Positions 50,101 through 58,726 of a DNA stretch of 58,726 nt are shown here, piece after piece. The translations under genes were made by a program, and so were the position numbers. Positions within the stretch are counted from its first letter, which is position 1; the number at the start of each line of letters is the position of its first letter. Source of the stretch: Octopus bimaculoides (lineage: Eukaryota). The stretch lies in the NCBI RefSeq assembly GCF_001194135.2, contig NC_068986.1:64611149-64669874 (forward strand). The letters run 5' to 3'. The notes below the pieces were generated by a model. It worked only from the letters and a program-made list of their open reading frames with translations, had not been told where the DNA came from and did no database searches.

Positions 50101-51326
50101 CAAGGGGTGATGGGTAAATTATCGCCATTTCATATTTTTAATTTCGCGCAGTTTGATTTTGATTTTGCACAGTATAGCAGGTTCAGTTGGGTACCGTCTG
50201 GGAGAAAAACAGCACCATGACGTAATTCACTTTGCCAGAAATTTTGAAACATGCTGTACTGCTTGGCATTCGCACTGGAAGCTCCAATACGAACATTTTA
50301 GAGTGTTTGAGTGTCAACCCGAGGACAGTGCAGAGGATTCGGAAAGAGTTGGATGAGTCTAATGGTGATTACGGAGGTACGGCAACTCGGAAAACTCTCT
50401 CTGATCGTTCTGATAAGAAAAGGACTCCTGAATTTGTTGGTGAGATTCAGGCCATGATTGACAACGATCCCTCCAATTCAATCAGGTCAGGGACATGGGA
50501 GTCTCTGAATTTCTTATCAGGTACGTAGTGCATGAAGACATTTGATATTCCTCATACAAGATGAGAAAGGGTAAATTTTTATCCGAAGCCATCAAGGACA
50601 AGAAGAAAGACCGCGCTACGAGGCTTTTGAATAAACTCAAGCATCCCCTCCAACCGAACATGCTTTTGTTTTTCACAGACAAGAAAAATTTCTGCCAGGA
50701 TGAACACACAAATCAGTCGTTGGCCTGCCGTGTCCCCAAAACATATACCGAGAGTGATAAAATTCAAACATCCAATCAACCTCATGGTATTTGGAGGGAT
50801 CACTTGTGATGGCGTCATTGTGCCTCCATTCATCTTCTCACACGGCCTCGGACTCAACACGGAGGCCTACATCAAGTTCCCGGAGGTGGTAGTGCTGCGC
50901 TGGTCGAGGGTGGCTACTGGAAGACCCTATGTCTGGCAACAGGACTCTACACCATGCTATACAAGCAGGAGAACTCAGTCATGGCTGTCAGACAATTTCT
51001 GTGACTACATCACCCCTAACATCTGGCCACCTAACTCTCCAGACTGCAACCCCCTTGATAATAATCTGTTGGGCGCGGTTGAGTGAGAGACCAACAAAAC
51101 TGCTTGTAACATCAAGATGAACTGGAGTCAAGGATTATAGCAGCATTCACCAACTTAAACAAGAAGACCGTCCAGAAGAGTTGCAGGAGATTCCAAAGTC
51201 ATCTGGAGGCTGTGGTTGAAACCAATGGCGATTTTTTTGAATAAATTTACTCTTCAAGTATTTCAAGATATCTTTATGTAATTTTGGTAAACATATAATT
51301 TAGACGACAATGTATTCATCGCACCC
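50101..51326 (+). mobile_element. maT-family (DD37D) Tc1/mariner element with both TIRs, frameshifted
   Basis: TA-CAAGGGGTGATGGGTAAATTATCGCC ... GACGACAATGTATTCATCGCACCCTG-TA; FFTDKK; QQD followed by 37 residues to the D of WPPNSPDCNPLD. Confidence 0.9.
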
Positions 51327-51327
51327 T

Positions 51328-51371
<44 letters not shown>

Positions 51372-51450
51372 TCTTTAATTCGTTCACTTGTTTCAGTCAT
51401 ATGACTGCGGCCATGTGGAAACTGCCTTTAGTCGAACAAATCGATCCTTT
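51372..51450 (-). mobile_element. SINE family 1 tail fragment
   Basis: CACTTGTTTCAGTCATATGACTGCGGCCATG. Confidence 0.75.
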
Positions 51451-52539
51451 TCACTCTTACATGTAATGATGTTTTTCCAATATTTTTCTCCCATTAAACA
51501 CAATTTATGGAATGATGATGCCGAAGTAACACACACGTGGTCCATTGGTGGAAGAAAAACAACAAAATAAATTGTAATCTAATTTTTAATCCCCACCGTT
51601 GCTTTGAAACCTCGACCTGTTCACTGACAAAACTTCGTGCTGCATCACTTATGTGAAGTTTTGCCAGTTTCAAAGCGACGAAAATATTTTGACAAAAATT
51701 TAAATGTTGAAGTGAAATGAACAGTTTTTGTGTGTTCTTAAGTGGCTTACAAACATCTTCTGACTTTCTTAAAATATATGTTTGTATTGGCGATATATTG
51801 TTGTGCAACAGAAAATATTGTCAAGTGGGTTCGAATTTGAATCGTCTCATGAAAGTTGAATAGTATCTNNNNNNNNNNNNNNNNNNNNNNNNNNNNNNNN
51901 NNNNNNNNNNNNNNNNNNNNNNNNNNNNNNNNNNNNNNNNNNNNNNNNNNNNNNNNNNNNNNNNNNNNNNNNNNNNNNNNNNNNNNNNNNNNNNNNNNNN
52001 NNNNNNNNNNNNNNNNNNNNNNNNNNNNNNNNNNNNNNNNNNNNNNNNNNNNNNNNNNNNNNNNNNNNNNNNNNNNNNNNNNNNNNNNNNNNNNNNNNNN
52101 NNNNNNNNNNNNNNNNNNNNNNNNNNNNNNNNNNNNNNNNNNNNNNNNNNNNNNNNNNNNNNNNNNNNNNNNNNNNNNNNNNNNNNNNNNNNNNNNNNNN
52201 NNNNNNNNNNNNNNNNNNNNNNNNNNNNNNNNNNNNNNNNNNNNNNNNNNNNNNNNNNNNNNNNNNNNNNNNNNNNNNNNNNNNNNNNNNNNNNNNNNNN
52301 NNNNNNNNNNNNNNNNNNNNNNNNNNNNNNNNNNNNNNNNNNNNNNNNNNNNNNNNNNNNNNNNNNNNNNNNNNNNNNNNNNNNNNNNNNNNNNNNNNNN
52401 NNNNNNNNNNNNNNNNNNNNNNNNNNNNNNNNNNNNNNNNNNNNNNNNNNNNNNNNNNNNNNNNNNNNNNNNNNNNNNNNNNNNNNNNNNNNNNNNNNNN
52501 NNNNNNNNNNNNNNNNNNNNNNNNNNNNNNNNNNNNNNN

Positions 52540-52650
52540 AGATCAAGATGGGAGGATGACTTCCCTTTGCAAATACAGCCAGGACACAGATGTGTGTCAA
52601 TAACCAGCTGGAGGAGATGTTCTCCTGGGGCTAAAAGCAACAGTAACATC
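52540..52650. repeat. Diverged single copy of modules A/B of the 27.9-28.8 kb array
   Basis: AGATGGGAGGATGAC...GGACACAGATGTGTGTCA..GATGTT.TCCTGGGGCTAAA..CAGTAACATC. Confidence 0.6.
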
Positions 52651-52692
52651 CACCCTTAGGGTTCAGCCGCATTTATGTGGCAAATATACTTC

Positions 52693-52734
<42 letters not shown>

Positions 52735-53186
52735 TATATGTGTATTTTTTCAATGTCTACAAATAACACGGAAAAAATAAATAAATAGTTACCAGGGTAG
52801 CAAAAGCTCATACAATTACCAAGGATGTAACAGCCTCCTTGTAAAGGTAGAAATTCCAGGTTTTTATGCATTTCTTTTGTAAGATTTTTGATGTGAAATC
52901 GTTTGTTGAAACAGATATTGTAATATTTCGGGATGGTCATTTATTCTTTTTGCCAAATAAGTACACTCACTATATATTCTTTCTTCACTTTTTGATATTG
53001 TTCTTATTTTATGTCCATTGTCTGAAATCTTACGTTACACAGGTGTGACCTCTTCAGCGACCCGCCATCCCACTTGTCCCTTCCTGTTCTGTTTGGTCCA
53101 TTCTGTCTTTCTAGAAAGACACAACGAATATATAGTTCATGTGTTTATTTAGCAATAAAAAATGACGAACCCAAAATATAATAATG

Positions 53187-53239
<53 letters not shown>

Positions 53240-53624
53240 AATATATGTGTGTATATATATATATATGTGTGTGCGTGCGTGTGTGTGTGTGTACGTGTAT
53301 GTGAATACATGTATGTATGTATAAGCGCGCATGTACACATTGTCTACACGTAACTTAGGTTTTGGTTAATTGACATGTTATTTTATAGACCATCTTACAT
53401 GTTTTAGTGACTTTATGACTGAGAATCGTAAGTCTTTGAAAGCAACATGGTTTTTATGATAGTTTCAAGGTGACATTTTCCCCGTCATTTTAAGATGAGG
53501 TATTTTTTCAAGTATTTATGATGCAAAATTTCCGCAACAATTTTATTTGGGATCTCACCCCGGCTTAACAGAAGAGGACGTACATGTAGATTTTTTCAAG
53601 TTAGCCAAAGAGTTTTTGTACATG

Positions 53625-53825
53625 GTCACACAATGTTAAGAGTAGCAGCCAAATCTCTCTTAAGTCACTCCCAGCTATCTATGAAAATAAGAAAGGACAT
53701 TATGGATATTGAGGTTCTAGGTATAGTCTGCTAATAAAACAAGAAGAAAATTCATCAGTGGGGCGTCTTTAGCCAAAGTTCTTTTGATCAGATTTAACGG
53801 AGGTTAAAAGGACAAGAACACAACA
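53625..53825 (+). mobile_element. Old (CAA)n-tailed retroposon copy
   Basis: GTAGCAGCCAAATCTCTCTTAAGTCAC..AAGAAAGGACATTATGGAT. Confidence 0.55.
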
Positions 53826-54245
53826 CTGCATTACATCATTTTAGTGTGAAACAATATTTATAAATAAAATTTTATGCTTATAATAAATTATAATAATTAT
53901 AACAACTATATTCGTAATAATCAATTATACCTATAATATAATTATAATAAATTAATATGATAAATAATTATATGTTTAAATGAAATAAGTGGAAGAACGT
54001 TGAGGCAGCAAAACAGGCTTCAATATTGTTTTGATGCCTATTTTTATCGATTTGAAGGTTGAAAGTAAGACGGTGAGGAAGCGAATTGTGCATCGGGTAA
54101 AGTAACTTCGAAATAATTTGAATAGTATTTATTAGCATATGTGACCAATATATGTGTATCTTCCTTATTTATAGTTAGTTTTTTTTATCGCTTCCTGCAT
54201 CAAATGTGTTAGCTCTAGATTAACTATTGTTACACACACACACGC

Positions 54246-54345
54246 ACACACACGCACCATATACAAATACACACACACGCACCATATACAAATACACACA
54301 CACGCACCATATACAAATACACACACACGCACCATATACAAATAC
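54246..54345. repeat. 25-bp minisatellite, 4 copies
   Basis: GCACCATATACAAATAC at 54254, 54279, 54304 and 54329. Confidence 0.95.
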
Positions 54346-55551
54346 ACACACACACACACACACACACGCCCACATTTGCATATGTACTCGACCATCACTA
54401 ATTTGGCAATCAGTTGTCTAGTTCACTGTTAAACGGAAATGATTTCCACTTCAGTCCACCAACTTTTAAGGCAAATTCGTTAACACGAGCAAGCTATTCC
54501 TACTAGTCTTTCAACATTCATTATATAACCTGCTCATACTTAGCTCCAGCTGTGGTTACAATATGTAAAGGGAGTATTTCTTTTTGTGTAAAGGCACAAA
54601 TACAGTACACTGTCCAATAATAGATTAATCTGAACTTCTGAAAAACAAATCGACTGCGGTGTGTTTGTGAGAAGCTAACGTGAATTATATGCATTGACCT
54701 TTCAACATTGTGGATCAAAGAAAAGAAAAGAAAAAGACGGCCATAAAGAAAATGTAAGCCAGATGAGTTCAGAATTTGATGAAAATCTGATAACATGGTT
54801 TAAGCTTTGCGTAAGTGACCTTGTTGAGGTCTTGTGTATCTGCTGGAAGAACAAGCAAAATTTTTTCCTGCAGAGCTAAGACCAAATTATGAGTATAATA
54901 ATAAGGAAGATTGACTTCATTGTTTCAAGTAGCTTAAAGTATCGACCGATTCTGGAGTTTTTGAAGACATTTCATGCATGAGACATAGTTTACTCTGTGC
55001 GTACCAATACTTAGACGTCTATAGAAGTATCGACATTGTAAAATGGATGACATAAATTATGGCAAGGTTTAATTTTTAGAATCTGTTTGTATCATATAAA
55101 GGCGCTGCAAGTGACTGATTAAGAGTTTCAAAGGTAAAGTAGATTACAGTTTCAACCTACTTTCTTTAATTCATAGTCATGCTGCCAAGGATCTCAAGTC
55201 TTAGATAAATGAAGATAATATTGAGGAAGAGATGAAAGCAGATGTTTATCGTTATAGTTATTGAGAATTTGTATAGGAACTTGCAAGTTCGAAGAAAGAA
55301 GATGAAGAAAAACCCGTTGTTGAAAGTGAAACATTTCTTGTAGAAAGAATATCTATTGTTAAATTAACCAAATAAACAAATGCGCAAATAACTATAGCAG
55401 CTGTTTTGAAGTGGTACATCTCAAAGCATATCTAGGTGTGGTGCGGATGCTTGTATTTATAATCTCACAATAGAAAATCTCCACTGATGCTTTAGTGTCC
55501 CGCAAAACACATTCTATTTAAGATTTTGTTACACACAAGTATGTGTATAGA

Positions 55552-55680
55552 TGCAGGTGTGGTAAAAAGCTTGCTTCCTAACCACATGGTTCCGGGTTCA
55601 GTGTCTCCTACTATTGCCTCGAGTCGACCTAAGCCGTCTGAGTGGATTTGGTAGACGGAAACTGAAAGAAGTCCATTGTA
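55552..55680 (+). mobile_element. SINE family 1, 5' part
   Basis: GTGGTAAAAAGCTTGCTTCCTAACCACATGGTTCCGGGTTCAG...GGTAGACGGAAACTGAAAGAAG. Confidence 0.85.
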
Positions 55681-55694
55681 TGTATGTTTGTATG

Positions 55695-55771
<77 letters not shown>

Positions 55772-55796
55772 GTATGTATATATAAATATATTTATG

Positions 55797-56520
55797 CAGG
55801 GGTTGGACAAAATAATGGAAACACCTAACATCATAGCATCATAATTTTGAAATATCTATAAAACCGTCAAAAGCTTGTTTTTTAATGGTTTTTGATTTAT
55901 TATTAGTGTTGCTTAATATATTTTGCTAAAATTGCTGTTTCTTTTCAGATATCATAGGAAAAAGGTAATTAAAATTGATTAAAATGACAGATCTATCGGA
56001 CTTTCAAAGAGGTCAAATTGTTAGTGCTCGTATGGTCGGCACTAGCGTAACAAAAAACAGCCGAAATTTTTGGTGTATCAAGAAGTACTGTCCCGAAAGT
56101 AATGACAGCCTTTGAGAAAGAGGGAAAGAAACATCCTCGTAGAAACAAAACTCCGGAAGAAAACCAAAACTTTCAGATAGGGACAGTCGAACTCTTACGC
56201 GAATTGTTAGAAAGGATCACAAAATTACAGCTCCCAAAATTACTGCAGAGCTTCATGACCTCGAGAACCCAGTTTCCACAAAAACTGTTCGCCGGGAGCT
56301 GCACAAAGCCAGATTTCAAGTTGTAAAGCATTTAGAGTGGAGTAAAAACCTACAGAATTGGTCCCTAGATCAGTGGAAGAATGTTATTTTCTCGGACGAG
56401 TCATCCTTTACCTTATTTCCGACCACCGGCCGAGCATACATGTGGAGACAGCCAAAAGAAGCATTTGACCTAGACTGCCTTCTTCCAACTGTTAAACAAG
56501 TAGGAGGATCTGTGATGAAC
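55797..56520 (+). mobile_element. Tc1-like transposon, 5' TIR plus N-terminal half
   Basis: CAGGGGTTGGACAAAATAATGGAAACACC; ATG at 55984, MTDLSDFQRGQIV..GVSRSTV; GRKPKLSDRD; FSDESSF; TVKQVGGSVM; then truncated. Confidence 0.9.
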
Positions 56521-56882
56521 TGGTGGGGGGGGGGGGTTGTACCATCATCGCCGCAGTTAAATGACTGAAACATGTTAAAGAATAAAAGAATAAGTATGTT
56601 TAATAAAACAAAGTAAACAATAGTTTCCTCTATGTTTTTCCAATTTTTCAACTTTAAAACTTTTGCAAAATTTTCCATGGGATGTGCCAGCAGTGATTCT
56701 TTCATTTTATCTCCTGCAGACCACAAAGTGAAATACATCGGCAACCATTGTCGGAGAGCAATATTTCTTAAATAAGAGACACTTGGGACCACAACAGGAA
56801 GAATTTTATCAAAGTAGGAAATCCCAAATGGAAAAGAATGTACTTTGTACACTATACATACATACATACAAGCATACACGCA

Positions 56883-56930
<48 letters not shown>

Positions 56931-56982
56931 CACACACTTATACAAGTATGTGCACATATATCTGTATACATACATACATACA

Positions 56983-57014
<32 letters not shown>

Positions 57015-57704
57015 CATATGCATAAATACATACATACACATATGCGCGCTCGCACGCACACACACATATACACACACAACTATACAACCGTTCGTAAATT
57101 AATTAATAAAAAGAGAATAACTCAAAAGCTACTTCAGGCTTCATCCTGCTTGAGTTTATCCAGTTATTTGAAAATCGTGCTAATGTTAATATTATTCTCA
57201 ATAGCATTTGCTAACCGTGGCTGTTATATGTTAACAGCGACTAATGGTCTGAACAGGTGGACATAAAGCCAGCTTTACCATTGGCCGAGAGCACGAAACC
57301 GGAACTGGAATTATTTGTGGAGAATATATTTTGAGATGTCACTGGGAAACAAGCTAAAGGATGTTCTTCATCCTTTCTGTTTTTCTCTCCCAACCCTTCC
57401 CTATTCTTCTCTTCTCATATATATATATGAAAGATTTCCTCCAAAGCATAAACTTCACTTAGAAATGGTCCAGATATTCAAACCTGAGGCGTTAGAATAA
57501 TGTAGAAGTAAGAATCAAATTTAGGCAAATCAAATTCACATATATATTTATAGTCATTCAGTCCTAGACCCAACATGCATGAATTTCTCCAAAAGTTTAT
57601 TCAATATATCAAACATATTAAAAATAAATAGATATATAAAGATATATAGAGTAATCAATACCTTCAAAATATACATATAAAAATATCTAAGTATATACCT
57701 AATG

Positions 57705-58110
57705 CATGCTCACTTGGGGGTTTATGTCTGCGTAAAATGTAATTTATAAATGTCATGTAGAAATACTAGGTAAACACCAGGCAAAGATCTACATAGGTAG
57801 TACCATAGATTTTAAACGACGATATAAGATCACTTAAATTCTTTCACTAACATAAAATACATATTCTCGACGTCATTAGCCACACATGATCTTAAATCAC
57901 AAAACATACAATATACACTTGCTTGGTCCATAATAAAAGAAGCTCCCCTTTATAACAGAAAGATAGGAAAATGCAAGCTATGCTTAAATAAGTAATTAAT
58001 TATTCTCCGTCTACACAACTCCTCGATATTGAATAAGTTCTCCGATGCTGTCATCTCTTGCAAACATAGGTTTTACTCAAAATGTTTGCATTACGATTCT
58101 GGAAAGAGTT
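57705..58110 (+). mobile_element. PLE GIY-YIG endonuclease fragment
   Basis: CSLGGLCL.KNVIYKC...IYIGSTIDFKRRY..H.NSF...STSLA.H...W.I..A..Y...CKLCL..LNK...CKH, with frameshifts. Confidence 0.85.
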
Positions 58111-58340
58111 AAGAAACAGCCTCCACACCAATTAAAACTTTTTCTGAAAAATAAAACGACACTCCCCTCCTCTTATCCTCTACCTATGCATCCATGAGTA
58201 GCTTTATCTTATCTTGCATTGTATCTCCTCCTCCAACCACCCAAAAACACTTCCTTTCCCTAGTCTTTTTCATATAGCTCTATAAAAATACTCAGCAGGT
58301 ATTTCTCGCAGTACATGTGAAGCTTTTTAGAATTTTATTT

Positions 58341-58432
58341 TCCCTGACGAAGGAAGTGGTGTCCAACAATGGATGTATATACCTCTTTTTTTTATTACTG
58401 GACAACCGTAACCCCCAGAAACGGTTGTAGGA
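58341..58432 (+). ncRNA. Hammerhead-like motif downstream of the PLE ORF
   Basis: TCC-CTGACGA(58344-50)...TGTCCA/TGGACA stem...GAAAC-GGTT-GTA-GGA: 3-bp stem I, GUA triplet, helix III palindrome broken. Confidence 0.6.
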
Positions 58433-58726
58433 TTATTAACTGGATTAGTAATACCCAAACTTTTTGTCTTATAGACTCTTAACTCTTTATGATTTCATTT
58501 TATAATCTGCAACTCGTCATATTTATTGTTTCAATATATTTTTAATGTGTATATCAATATATTTATATATGTATATTTTTAATATATTGATTACTCTATA
58601 TATTTTTAATATGTTTGATGTATTGAGTATACTTTTGGAGAGATTCATATATGTTGGGTCTAGGGCTGAATAAATATAAATGTATACGTAAATTTTATTT
58701 GCCTCAATTTCATTCTTATATATATA

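Larger units (their letters stand above)
57509..58719. repeat. ~170-180-bp inverted repeats (57509-57690 and 58550-58719)
   Basis: CAGTCCTAGACCCAACAT..CTCCAAAAGT..ATCAAACATATTAAAAATA..AGAGTAATCAATA on the left is matched by its reverse complement on the right. Confidence 0.9.

Noticed and set aside
51530-51868. Possible hAT C-terminal relic
   Set aside because: Motif similarity is too weak to call.
53830-53980. Extremely AT-rich tract as a matrix-attachment or regulatory site
   Set aside because: Not distinguishable from background low-complexity sequence.
56560-56830. Possible second Chapaev C-terminal fragment (minus)
   Set aside because: Only a vague MVAD match; not supportable.

Overview
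Strongly AT-rich animal DNA with no host exon that I can support. It has eight N gaps, most abutting microsatellites, as expected for a short-read assembly. The SINE families and repeat landscape point to an octopus (cephalopod) genome; this is inference from recognised repeat sequences. Nearly all non-microsatellite sequence I can explain is decayed transposons: tRNA-derived SINEs of several families, CR1/L2-group and Tx1-like LINEs, a nest of R4/Dong-type (RLE) LINE fragments in an (AAT)n array, Penelope-like element (PLE) fragments, Tc1 (DD34E), maT (DD37D), mariner, Chapaev-3-like and Helitron relics, and several foldback structures. The supplied ORFs are microsatellite read-throughs, N-gap artefacts or TE fragments. 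The most interesting signal is a set of minimal hammerhead-ribozyme (HHR) motifs. The best one, at 48635-48856 (minus), is a ~220-nt element joining a tRNA-like Pol III head to an HHR with an intact core, followed head-to-head by an inverted copy of its 3' tail.
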